Origin: Pseudomonadota bacterium
GTDB lineage: Bacteria > Desulfobacterota > Desulfovibrionia > Desulfovibrionales > Desulfovibrionaceae
DNA: 64,000 nucleotides
NCBI GenBank assembly: GCA_023426275.1
Contig: JAFABC010000086.1
Location: forward strand, 7,806 to 71,805
Direction of reading: 5' to 3'
The notes under the pieces are model-generated. The model had not been told where the DNA came from, ran no database searches, and saw only the letters and a program-made list of their open reading frames with translations. Position 1 is the first letter of the stretch; each line of letters opens with the position of its first letter. Positions 34,253-43,251 of the stretch are shown one piece after another. Both the position numbers and the translations under genes were made by a program.

Positions 34253-35044
34253 ATGCGCACCAAACACGTCCTGTCCCTGCTTCTTGTCATCTGCATCGTT
34301 TCCGCCGCCGTCCCCGTCCGGGCGCAAACGGCCGACACCAGCACACAAGGCAACTTTCGCTGGACCGTCGCCCCCTATGCCTGGCTGACCGGCCTGTACG
34401 GCACCATCGGCGCGAAGGGCTACGACACCACGGTCGACGCCTCCTTCGCCGATCTTTCGAAGTATCTGAACATGGCCGCCATGGTCCATCTGGAAGGCAT
34501 CTACCGGGATCGCCTGGGCATTTTCACCGACTTCAACTATTCCCTGCTCGGGGATCAGGCCTCGGGCAAACGCATCGCCCTCGACGGCAAGACCAGCCTG
34601 CTGCTCGTCGACATCGCCGCCTTCTACCGCCTGGGCACCTTTCCCCTGGGCCAGGCGCAAAACGCCTTCATGAACCTCGACCTGCTGGCCGGGGCGCGCA
34701 TCTGGAGTCTGGCCCTCAAACTTGATGTGGACACGGCCCGTGGCGGCCGCGACATCTTCCAGTCGAAGACCTGGGCCGACCCCATCATCGGCGCCAGGGC
34801 CGAATTCCACTTCGCCAAATCCTGGCTGGTCAGCCTGCGCGGCGGCATCGGCGGCTTCTCCATCAGCTCGGCCCTGACCTGGGACGCCACGGCCGCCCTC
34901 GGCTACACCTTCTGGAAACACGGCACGCTGCTCGTCGGCTACCGGGCCGTGGGCGTCAACCATGACGAAGGCAGCGGCCGCAGCGCCTTCAAATTCGACG
35001 CAACCTTGAGCGGTCCCATCCTGGGATTGGCTTTCACGTTCTAG
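34253..35044 (+). CDS. Putative outer-membrane beta-barrel protein
   Basis: Signal peptide, amphipathic beta-strands, WADPIIGAR and GYRA motifs, terminal Phe (GLAFTF). Confidence 0.7.
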   Translation: MRTKHVLSLLLVICIVSAAVPVRAQTADTSTQGNFRWTVAPYAWLTGLYGTIGAKGYDTTVDASFADLSKYLNMAAMVHLEGIYRDRLGIFTDFNYSLLGDQASGKRIALDGKTSLLLVDIAAFYRLGTFPLGQAQNAFMNLDLLAGARIWSLALKLDVDTARGGRDIFQSKTWADPIIGARAEFHFAKSWLVSLRGGIGGFSISSALTWDATAALGYTFWKHGTLLVGYRAVGVNHDEGSGRSAFKFDATLSGPILGLAFTF

Positions 35045-35158
35045 TCTCCGGGCTCCGGCCCGCTCCGTCACACACCCGGCCGGGGAGGTCTTTGGCGCCC
35101 CGGCAAACCCGCCGGCCACCCGAACGGGACCTGTTCGGGGTCAGGTCCGGCGGCAAGG

Positions 35159-35935
35159 ATGAGGAACCTGTTTATGCGCCGACACGTTCTCCTCGTGGCG
35201 ACCGCCCTGCTGAGCCTCGCGCTTTTCGCCGGACCGGCCGGAGCCGCGACGCCCATCGATCCCAAGGCCGACGCCCTGCTGCGCGCCGTGGCCGCCCACA
35301 TGCAATCCCTGACCGCCTTTTCGGTCACGGAAAAAAGTCTGGTGGACCGGGTGTTTCCCAACGGACAAAAAGTCGCGTTTTCCCACAAGACGGCCATCAA
35401 GGTCTCCCGCCCGGACAAGCTGCGCGCCGAAGCGAACGGTGACGACGTTTCCGGGACCTGGGTCCAAAACGGCACGGCCTTCCAGGTCTACAACGCCAAC
35501 TCCAAGGCCTACGTCGCCCTGGACGTGCCGCCGCGTCTGGCCGCCGCCCTGGACATGGCCATGGCCCAGCTGCGTCTGGTCGGCCCCATGGTCGATCTGC
35601 TGGCCGACGATCCCTACAAGAGCATGATGGAAGGGGTGCTCGAAGCCGTCTATGTCGGCCAAAGCGAGGTTGACGGCAAACCCTGCCACCATCTGGCCCT
35701 GCGCCAGCTCACCCAGGATTTCGAACTGTGGATCGACGCCGGCAAGACGCCCTGGCCCCTGCGTCTGGCCGTCACGGACAAGACCCTGCACGGCAACCCG
35801 CGCACCCTCGTCGAATATACCGACTGGAAGACGGTCTCGCATTTTCCGGCCAAAACCTTCGCGTTCACGCCGCCGCCGGACGCCGTACGGGTCAAGCTCG
35901 CTCCTCCCGCGCCGGCCGCCGGCGTCAAGCCCTGA
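35159..35935 (+). CDS. DUF2092-like periplasmic protein (LolA-like fold)
   Basis: Signal peptide; RPDKLRA, DLL..DPY, CHHLA.RQ...DFELWI...P.PLR motifs. Confidence 0.78.
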   Translation: MRNLFMRRHVLLVATALLSLALFAGPAGAATPIDPKADALLRAVAAHMQSLTAFSVTEKSLVDRVFPNGQKVAFSHKTAIKVSRPDKLRAEANGDDVSGTWVQNGTAFQVYNANSKAYVALDVPPRLAAALDMAMAQLRLVGPMVDLLADDPYKSMMEGVLEAVYVGQSEVDGKPCHHLALRQLTQDFELWIDAGKTPWPLRLAVTDKTLHGNPRTLVEYTDWKTVSHFPAKTFAFTPPPDAVRVKLAPPAPAAGVKP

Positions 35936-35947
35936 CGGAGGCGCGCC

Positions 35948-36661
35948 ATGCATCGCACCATCACACGACACTTGCTGCGACTGGCCGGGCTGCTCGGCCT
36001 GATGGCCGGCCTGATCCTGGCCATCCCGCCGTCGGCCCACTGCTTCCGGGGATTCGGCGGCGGATTTCATGGCGGCGGCTTCGGGGGCTTTCACGGTGGA
36101 GGCTTCGGTGGCTTCCATGGCGGCGGCTTCGGCGGCTTTCATCCGCCCATGGGCGGGGGATTCCATCCGCCCGCGCCCATGCCCGGCGGCTTCGGCGGGT
36201 TCCATCCGCCCATGCAGCCCGCCGGCATGGGCGGCGGCTTTCATCCGCCCGCGCCCGGGTTCGGTGGCGCGCCGGGCATGCCTCCGGCCGGAGCCGTCCA
36301 CGTTCCGCCGCCCATGGGACCGGGAGCCTATGGCCCGCATCCCATGCCCGGCGCCTTCGGCCCGGCGCCCATGCCGGGTCCCCATCCCGGATACGGCCCG
36401 ATGCCCATGCCGGTCCCCCATCCCGCGCCCTTTGCCCCGGGCTTCGGCCCGGTCGGACCGCCGCCGCCCGCGCCCTGGTTCGGACCGCATCCCTTCGCCC
36501 CGGCGGCCGTGGCGGCCGCGGCCACCCTCTACGCCCTGCCCGCCACGGCGGCGGCCCTGAGCATCGCCGGCCAGACCTACTACTCCGTCAGCGGCGCCTA
36601 CTACCAGCCCGTGATCCAAAACGGCGTCACCGTCTATGTGCAAGTCACGCCGCCCCAATGA
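35948..36661 (+). CDS. Secreted Gly/Pro/His-rich low-complexity protein with a short C-terminal beta domain
   Basis: Signal peptide; (GGFHGGGF)n and FHPP repeats; C-terminal YYSVSGAYYQP...YVQVTPP. Confidence 0.65.
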   Translation: MHRTITRHLLRLAGLLGLMAGLILAIPPSAHCFRGFGGGFHGGGFGGFHGGGFGGFHGGGFGGFHPPMGGGFHPPAPMPGGFGGFHPPMQPAGMGGGFHPPAPGFGGAPGMPPAGAVHVPPPMGPGAYGPHPMPGAFGPAPMPGPHPGYGPMPMPVPHPAPFAPGFGPVGPPPPAPWFGPHPFAPAAVAAAATLYALPATAAALSIAGQTYYSVSGAYYQPVIQNGVTVYVQVTPPQ

Positions 36662-36716
36662 CCGGACCAGCGTTCCCGGGCCTTTCGTCGCATCACGTTC
36701 CCAACGGAGACTCCGC

Positions 36717-37967
36717 ATGAAAAAACGCTTCCTGTTCCTTGCCGCGCCCGTGCTGCTGTACGGCCTGTTGTGCGCCGGTACCGAGGCCCGGGCCCGCGAG
36801 GCCTACCAAACCCCGGCGGCGCCTTCGGCCGCCGCCATTTTACCGCCCTCCATGCTGTCCGGGCCGCATTTTTCCGTGGCGCCGATCGTTGGCACGGACG
36901 GCTACCTCTACGTGTACGATCTGCGCACCACCTACGGAAATCTGCGCGTCGCCTCCACGGCGCTTCTGGCCAAGCGCATCGCCGAAACCGCCGCCCTGGC
37001 CAAGATGGAGCAGGTCAGCGCGCTCAGTGAATTCGGCGGCGGCATCGTCGACAAGGGGGAAGCGACCATCCAGGGCGCGGCGGACCTCATCACCAACCCC
37101 GTGGGCACGATACGCGGCACGGTCACGGGCGTCGGACAGATGTTCGCCAATCTCGGCCAGGCCCTCAGCTCCGGCAATATCGGCAACGGCTCGGGCGTAT
37201 CGAAAATCCTTGGCGTCCCGGAGTTGGAGCGGCAATACGCCGCCCAGTTCGGCGTGGACCCCTACACCACCAACCCCCTGGTGCGAAAACGCCTGCGGGC
37301 CATGGCCTCGGCCGGCGCGGCCGGCAACGTCACGGCCTCGGCCCTGGCTTCGCTGATCCCGGGCGGGGCCGGCATCGCCGTGTCCGCCGTGGGCGCTTCG
37401 GCCAAGCTCAACGGCATAGACCTGACCGCCTCGCCCGAGACCCTGGCCCGACAAAACCTGGCACGACTGGCGGACATGGGCGTGCCCTCGGAAACGGCCT
37501 CGTTTTTCATCGGCAACCGGGTCTTCACCCCCAGCCAGCAATCGCGCATCGTGGCCTCGCTCGCCGCCATGCCGGCCGCAGGGAACAAAGGGGCGTTCGT
37601 CGGCTTTCTGGCCGACACCAACGACCCTGACGTGGCCCGGTTTCGGGGGCGCATGGCCGCCATGTACGCCGGCTACAACGCACGCGTCGAACCGCTTTCC
37701 GGCTTCGTCAGCATCGGCCGCCATGTCGCCGCCATAAACGCCTCCGGACGGCTGGTCCTGGTCTTCCCGGCGGACTGTTTCTTCTGGACCGAAACCAACG
37801 CGATCATTGCCCGGGCCTTCGCGGACTACGCCCGGAGCTTTCCGGCAAACGGCATCGAAATCTGGATCACCGGAAAAGCCAGCCCGCTTTTCGCCAGGAA
37901 AATGCGGGCCATGGGCTGGAAATTCCACGACCACAGCGGGCCCCGGCTGCTCGGGGAGCCGTATTGA
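36717..37967 (+). CDS. Exported hypothetical protein
   Basis: Signal peptide, GGAG RBS, operonic position; VDPYTTNP motif. Confidence 0.7.
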   Translation: MKKRFLFLAAPVLLYGLLCAGTEARAREAYQTPAAPSAAAILPPSMLSGPHFSVAPIVGTDGYLYVYDLRTTYGNLRVASTALLAKRIAETAALAKMEQVSALSEFGGGIVDKGEATIQGAADLITNPVGTIRGTVTGVGQMFANLGQALSSGNIGNGSGVSKILGVPELERQYAAQFGVDPYTTNPLVRKRLRAMASAGAAGNVTASALASLIPGGAGIAVSAVGASAKLNGIDLTASPETLARQNLARLADMGVPSETASFFIGNRVFTPSQQSRIVASLAAMPAAGNKGAFVGFLADTNDPDVARFRGRMAAMYAGYNARVEPLSGFVSIGRHVAAINASGRLVLVFPADCFFWTETNAIIARAFADYARSFPANGIEIWITGKASPLFARKMRAMGWKFHDHSGPRLLGEPY

Positions 37968-38023
37968 CGGCAGGGTGACGTACGCCAATTGGGCCAGCAC
38001 GCATCGAATTGACGGAGGAACAC

Positions 38024-40519
38024 ATGCGACGAACCATCGCTCTCGTCCTGTGGGCGCTTGTCCTGGCCGTGCCGGCCTTTTCCCCGGCAACGGCCAGGGC
38101 GGGAGGTCCGCCGGGATCGCCAAGCGCCACCATCACCATCCCCGGGAACCAGTTGCCGGCCCCGCCGCAGAAATTCGCCGGCGTCATCAAAGACACCGCC
38201 CAGAAATCGACGCCCTACTGGCCGGCGCGCATCGTGCCGCCCAAGGGCGCGCCCAACATTCTGCTCATCATGACCGACGACTCGGGCTTCGGCGTGCCGA
38301 GCACCTTTGGCGGCGTGATCCCGACGCCGGCCCTGGACCGCATCGCCCAAAACGGCCTGCGCTACACCAACTTCAACTCCACCTCCCTGTGCTCGCCGAC
38401 CCGGGCCGCCCTCATCACCGGGCGCAATCACCACTCGGTGGGCTTCGGCGTCATCGCCGAGCAGGCCACGGGCTATCCCGGCTACGACAGCTTCATCCCC
38501 AAGAACAAGGCCACCATCGGCCGCATCCTCAAGGACCACGGCTACCGCACCTCCTGGTTCGGCAAGGACCACAACACCCCGGCCTTCCAGGCCAGCCAGG
38601 ACGGTCCCTTCGACCAGTGGCCCATCGGCATGGGCTTTGATTACTTTTACGGCTTCGTCGGCGGCGACGCCAACCAGTGGGAACCCAACCTCTTCCGCAA
38701 CACCACCCAGATCTATCCCTTCAAGGGGCATCCCGGCTGGAACCTGACCACGGCCATGGCCGACGACGCCATCGACTATATGAACCGCATCAACGCGCTG
38801 GACCCCAGCCAGCCGTTTTTCGTCTATTACGTGCCCGGCGGCACCCATGCCCCCCACCATCCGACTCCGGAATGGATCGAGAAAATCAGCAAGATGCATC
38901 TGTTCGACAAGGGCTGGAACGCCCTGCGCGCACAGATCTTCGAGAATCAGAAAAAGCTCGGCGTCATCCCGGCCGAGGCCAAGCTCACCCCCTGGCCCGA
39001 CAAGCTGTTGAAAAAGTGGGATGCGCTCACCCCTGACGAAAAGAAGCTGTTCATCCGGCAGGCCGACGTCTTCGCCGCCTACGTGGCCTACACCGACCAC
39101 GAGATCGGCCGCGTCATCCAGGCCGTGGAGGACATGGGCAAGCTCGACAACACGCTGATCATCTACATCAACGGCGACAACGGCACGAGTTCGGAAGGCA
39201 CCCTTGTCGGCACGCCCAACGAAGTGGCCATGTTCAACGGCGTCGACGTGCCCGTAAAAGACCAGCTCAAGGCCTTCTACGACGTCTGGGGCTCGGACAA
39301 GACCTACCCCCACATGGCGGTGCCCTGGGCCTGGGCCTTTGACACGCCGTTCCCCTGGACCAAGCAGATCGCCTCGCACATCGGCGGCGTGCGCCAGGGC
39401 ATGGCCATCTCCTGGCCCAAGGTCATCAAGGACAAGGGCGGCATCCGCAACCAGTTCCACCACGTCATCGACATCGTGCCGACCATCCTCGAAGCCACGG
39501 GCATCAAGGCGCCCCAGACCGTGGACGGCATCAGGCAGAGTCCCATCGAAGGCGTGAGCATGATGTATACGTTCGATGCGAAAAACGCCAAAGCGCCCTC
39601 GACCCACAAGACCCAGTACTTCGAAATGATGGGCGACCGGGCCATCTACCACGACGGCTGGCTGGCCAGCACCAAGGTCATGCGGCCGCCATGGGATATG
39701 GTCTCCCTGGCCAAGGACCCCATGACCTACCCCTGGGAACTCTACGACCTCTCCAAGGACTGGACCCAGTTCACGGACGTGGCCGACAAGCATCCGGCAA
39801 AGGTCAAGCAGATGCAGGCGCTGTTCATGGCGGAAGCCAAAAAGCACCAGGTGCTGCCTCTGGACACCTCGGTGGTCCAACGCCTCATCGCGCCGCGCCC
39901 GAGCCTCACCGCCGGCCGCAACGTCTTCACCTGGACGCGGCCGCTGACCGGCACGCCCAACGGCGACGCGCCCTCGGTTTTAAACGCTTCCTACACCTTC
40001 AAGGCCGAAGTCGAGGTCCCGGAAGGCGGCGGCGACGGCATGCTCATCACCCAGGGCGGCCGCTTCGGCGGCTACGGCTTCTACGTGCTCAAGGGCAAGC
40101 CCGTGTTCCTGTGGAATCTGGTCGACCTCAAGCGCGTGCGCTGGGAAGGACCACTGCTCACCCCGGGCAAGCACGTGCTGGAATTCGACTTCGCCTACGA
40201 CGGCATGGGGCCGGGAACGTTGGCCTACAACAGCTTCGCGGGCGTCGGACGCGGCGGCACGGGCACCCTCAAGGTGGACGGCCAGACCGTGGACACCAAG
40301 AAGATGGACCACTCCCTGCCCTTTACCCTGCAATGGGACGAGTCCCTGGACATCGGCTCGGACACCCTGACCCCGGTCAACGACGCGGACTACCAGACCC
40401 CGTTCCCCTTCAACGGCAAGATCGAAAAGATCACGCTCACCGTGAACCGGCCCAAGCTCTCTCCCGAGGATGAGAAGAAGCTGGCCGACATCCAGCGGGC
40501 CAAAAGCAGCAGCGATTAA
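38024..40519 (+). CDS. Periplasmic Cys-type arylsulfatase
   Basis: NILLIMTDD, formylglycine motif CSPTRAALITGR, FGKDH, HAPH, GDNG. Confidence 0.93.
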   Translation: MRRTIALVLWALVLAVPAFSPATARAGGPPGSPSATITIPGNQLPAPPQKFAGVIKDTAQKSTPYWPARIVPPKGAPNILLIMTDDSGFGVPSTFGGVIPTPALDRIAQNGLRYTNFNSTSLCSPTRAALITGRNHHSVGFGVIAEQATGYPGYDSFIPKNKATIGRILKDHGYRTSWFGKDHNTPAFQASQDGPFDQWPIGMGFDYFYGFVGGDANQWEPNLFRNTTQIYPFKGHPGWNLTTAMADDAIDYMNRINALDPSQPFFVYYVPGGTHAPHHPTPEWIEKISKMHLFDKGWNALRAQIFENQKKLGVIPAEAKLTPWPDKLLKKWDALTPDEKKLFIRQADVFAAYVAYTDHEIGRVIQAVEDMGKLDNTLIIYINGDNGTSSEGTLVGTPNEVAMFNGVDVPVKDQLKAFYDVWGSDKTYPHMAVPWAWAFDTPFPWTKQIASHIGGVRQGMAISWPKVIKDKGGIRNQFHHVIDIVPTILEATGIKAPQTVDGIRQSPIEGVSMMYTFDAKNAKAPSTHKTQYFEMMGDRAIYHDGWLASTKVMRPPWDMVSLAKDPMTYPWELYDLSKDWTQFTDVADKHPAKVKQMQALFMAEAKKHQVLPLDTSVVQRLIAPRPSLTAGRNVFTWTRPLTGTPNGDAPSVLNASYTFKAEVEVPEGGGDGMLITQGGRFGGYGFYVLKGKPVFLWNLVDLKRVRWEGPLLTPGKHVLEFDFAYDGMGPGTLAYNSFAGVGRGGTGTLKVDGQTVDTKKMDHSLPFTLQWDESLDIGSDTLTPVNDADYQTPFPFNGKIEKITLTVNRPKLSPEDEKKLADIQRAKSSSD

Positions 40520-40525
40520 CAAAAA

Positions 40526-40567
40526 GTCCGGGGAAACCCCTTGCTTCCGCAAGGGGTTTCCCCGGAC
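40526..40567. repeat. REP-like perfect palindrome (19-bp stem)
   Basis: GTCCGGGGAAACCCCTTGC-TTCC-GCAAGGGGTTTCCCCGGAC directly after the sulfatase stop. Confidence 0.75.
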
Positions 40568-40710
40568 CTCTTCCTCAAACGCATCGGAGACAGACGGGAC
40601 GGGGAAACCGGCGTGGTTCGGGCACGCGCATCCCGGCTGCGGACGACATGAGCGGTTCTCCCCAATGGGAGTATGGCCTATTGCAGCTTCACTCTCCAAA
40701 GGATGGCTTT

Positions 40711-41484
40711 ATGTATACCAAAAGAGTGGCGCTCGCGTGCGCCATTTTCCTCGTATTCGCAACGCCTTCTTCATTTGCCGCCGGCAAAAGACCGGTCCCG
40801 GTTCCCAAAACAGCAAAAGACATGACCTTCAAATCGCTGCGTGGCGTCCAATACTGTGAAATCTGGATGCTTGTCGGGTCCCCGGAAACCGGCATAACCG
40901 GACACTACTACAATACCAGCGCCCTGAACGACAGCACGAACAAAATGGACACCTGCCCGCAAGCCATGTGGGCCAAGGTCGATGCCACAGCGCTCCACGA
41001 CGACTACGACACCTACACGGTCTTCAAAAATGGCCCACGCGGGTGGACGATGGACGCGGTCACCATCCCTGTCGGGCCTGTGGATACGTTCGACGGTTTG
41101 GACGCTCGTTGGTGGGGCAAGGGAGTCCTGCCAAAAGGTGTTGACTTCAAAAAGGGCCTGGAACCGTACAAACCGCTCAAATCGCATCGCAAGTCTGTCT
41201 TTACCTTCAAGAAGGGCGAGCCCGTGTTCATTGTCGAGGATGCCCAAGGAACGCCCTGGGTCATGCAGGCCTTCAGCAAAATTGTCGATCCGGCCATGTC
41301 CTACGACGCCCTCAAGACGCTCGGCGAGAAGATCAAGCCGGCTGCCGGCTGGAAATACCGGGTGGCTCTCCTTGACAAGGATCTCGTGATCTCGACCCCT
41401 CAGGGCTACAACTGGATTGTCCAGGATGAGTTCGGCAATACCTATGACGCCTGTAAAGAGGGCGCCTGCAACTTTCAGCCCTAG
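40711..41484 (+). CDS. Exported hypothetical protein
   Basis: Signal peptide; RGVQYCEI and KNGPRGW.MD motifs; codon usage appears less GC-biased than its neighbours. Confidence 0.7.
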   Translation: MYTKRVALACAIFLVFATPSSFAAGKRPVPVPKTAKDMTFKSLRGVQYCEIWMLVGSPETGITGHYYNTSALNDSTNKMDTCPQAMWAKVDATALHDDYDTYTVFKNGPRGWTMDAVTIPVGPVDTFDGLDARWWGKGVLPKGVDFKKGLEPYKPLKSHRKSVFTFKKGEPVFIVEDAQGTPWVMQAFSKIVDPAMSYDALKTLGEKIKPAAGWKYRVALLDKDLVISTPQGYNWIVQDEFGNTYDACKEGACNFQP

Positions 41485-41576
41485 AAAAGCCATTCTCTCC
41501 ATCAGACAAAGGCCAGGGAAACTTTTTTTGCAGAATCCCTCCTCTCCCATCACGTTTTCTGCATGAGGGAACCGAC

Positions 41577-43115
41577 ATGCGATACAAAACAATCATGCTC
41601 GTGGCCGTGGCGCTGGCCCTGACCGCCTGCGCCCGGACGAAAGGACCGGGGGCCGCCGCGCCTCCCCCAGCCGCGCCCGCGCCGACCTACAAAATGACGA
41701 CGCCCATGCCCCCGGGCGTGGCCGCGCCAGCCAGCATCGAGACACGCCTTGGCACCTTGCGCTTCGATTCGGGGTTCCCGGACGAAGCCACCGCGGCCAA
41801 GCTCTATGACAACCTGGATTTCCAGCGCGCCGTGCAGGCCTATCTGCTGGGCCTTCCGGCCGTGAATCAGGCCGCCAACCGCAACGCCATCCGCACCCTC
41901 GGCCCGAAAAACGCCACCGTGCCCATCTTCGAGCATCTCGTGGATTCGCGCTCGATCTTTCTGACCGCCAACGACAACACGGTCTACAGCTGGACCTGGG
42001 TGGACCTCAAAGACGGCCCGCTCGTGCTCGAAGTGCCGCCCAAGGTGCTCGGGCTCATCGACGACATGTGGTACCGCTGGGTGGGCGACGTGGGCATCAC
42101 CGGCCCGGACCACGGCAAGGGCGGCAAGTATCTGCTGCTGCCCCCCGGTTACACAGGCTCCGTGCCCAAGGGCTACCACGTGGTCCACGCGCCGACCTAC
42201 AGCCTGTGGATTCCCTGGCGCAGCTTCCTCGTGGACGGCGACCCCAGGCCCGGCGTGGAACTGGTCAAGAAGTTCACCAAAATCCATCCCCTCGGCCATA
42301 AGGGCCAGACGCCCGAAATGCATTTCGTGGACCTGTCGGGCAAGGACTTCAACACCGTGGCCCCGGCCGACTTTTCCTTCTGGGAACTCCTGAACCAGGT
42401 GGTGCAGGAGGAGCCGAGCGCGTCCCTCGACCCGGTGACGCTTGGCTACTTCGCCGCCATCGGCATCGAAAAGGGCAAGCCGTTTCAGCCCGACGCGCGG
42501 ATGCGCAAGATCCTGACCGAGGCCGCGGCCGTAGGCGACGGCACGGCCCGGGCCATCGCCTACAGGATGCGCGAAAAAGCGGGCTACTATTATGCCGACA
42601 GCGCCTGGCGGGTGCCCTTTGTCGGCGGCTACAAGTTCGAGCGCCAGCCCGGGGTCGACAACCTCGACGGGGCCATCATGTTCTTCTTCGCGGCCACGGG
42701 CGTGACCCCGGCCATGGAAGTGCAGATGGTCGGCCGGGGCTCGCAGTACGCCTGGGCCCTGCTCGACGCCAAGGGCGATCCGCTCGACGGCGGCAAGAAC
42801 TACACCCTGCATCTGCCGCCCAACATTCCGGTCAAGGACTTCTGGTCCGTTATCGTCTATAGCAACCAGACCCGGTCCATGCTCCAGACCGACCAGCGGT
42901 TCCCGAGCGTCAGCAGCCAGACCAAGGGCCTCGCCGTCAATGCCGACGGTTCGGTGGACGTGTACTTCGGCCCCAAGGCCCCGGCGGGCAAGGAGACAAA
43001 CTGGGTGCAGACCATCCCCGGCCAGGGCTGGAACGTGATCCTGCGCCTGTATGGCCCGCTCGAACCCTGGTTCGCCAAGAAATGGCGGCCCGGCGAGATC
43101 GTGCCCACGCCTTAG
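41577..43115 (+). CDS. DUF1254/DUF1214 lipoprotein
   Basis: Lipobox LTAC; TANDNTVYS, GPD.GKGGKYLLLPPGY, FWSV.VY, NW.QTIPG...LRLYGP. Confidence 0.87.
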   Translation: MRYKTIMLVAVALALTACARTKGPGAAAPPPAAPAPTYKMTTPMPPGVAAPASIETRLGTLRFDSGFPDEATAAKLYDNLDFQRAVQAYLLGLPAVNQAANRNAIRTLGPKNATVPIFEHLVDSRSIFLTANDNTVYSWTWVDLKDGPLVLEVPPKVLGLIDDMWYRWVGDVGITGPDHGKGGKYLLLPPGYTGSVPKGYHVVHAPTYSLWIPWRSFLVDGDPRPGVELVKKFTKIHPLGHKGQTPEMHFVDLSGKDFNTVAPADFSFWELLNQVVQEEPSASLDPVTLGYFAAIGIEKGKPFQPDARMRKILTEAAAVGDGTARAIAYRMREKAGYYYADSAWRVPFVGGYKFERQPGVDNLDGAIMFFFAATGVTPAMEVQMVGRGSQYAWALLDAKGDPLDGGKNYTLHLPPNIPVKDFWSVIVYSNQTRSMLQTDQRFPSVSSQTKGLAVNADGSVDVYFGPKAPAGKETNWVQTIPGQGWNVILRLYGPLEPWFAKKWRPGEIVPTP

Positions 43116-43139
43116 GCCAACATGAAAACAATGCCTCCG

Positions 43140-43174
43140 GCGTCCGGGAGGGGGACCGCCCCCTTCCCGGACGC
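43140..43174. repeat. REP-like GC-rich palindrome
   Basis: GCGTCCGGGAGGGGG-ACCG-CCCCCTTCCCGGACGC. Confidence 0.65.
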
Positions 43175-43251
43175 TCCCGAAAGGAAGGCCGGTGCGCCCG
43201 GCCCGGGGGCAAAGGCGCCCTTCATCATCCCCGTTTTCAAGAGGAGACGAC

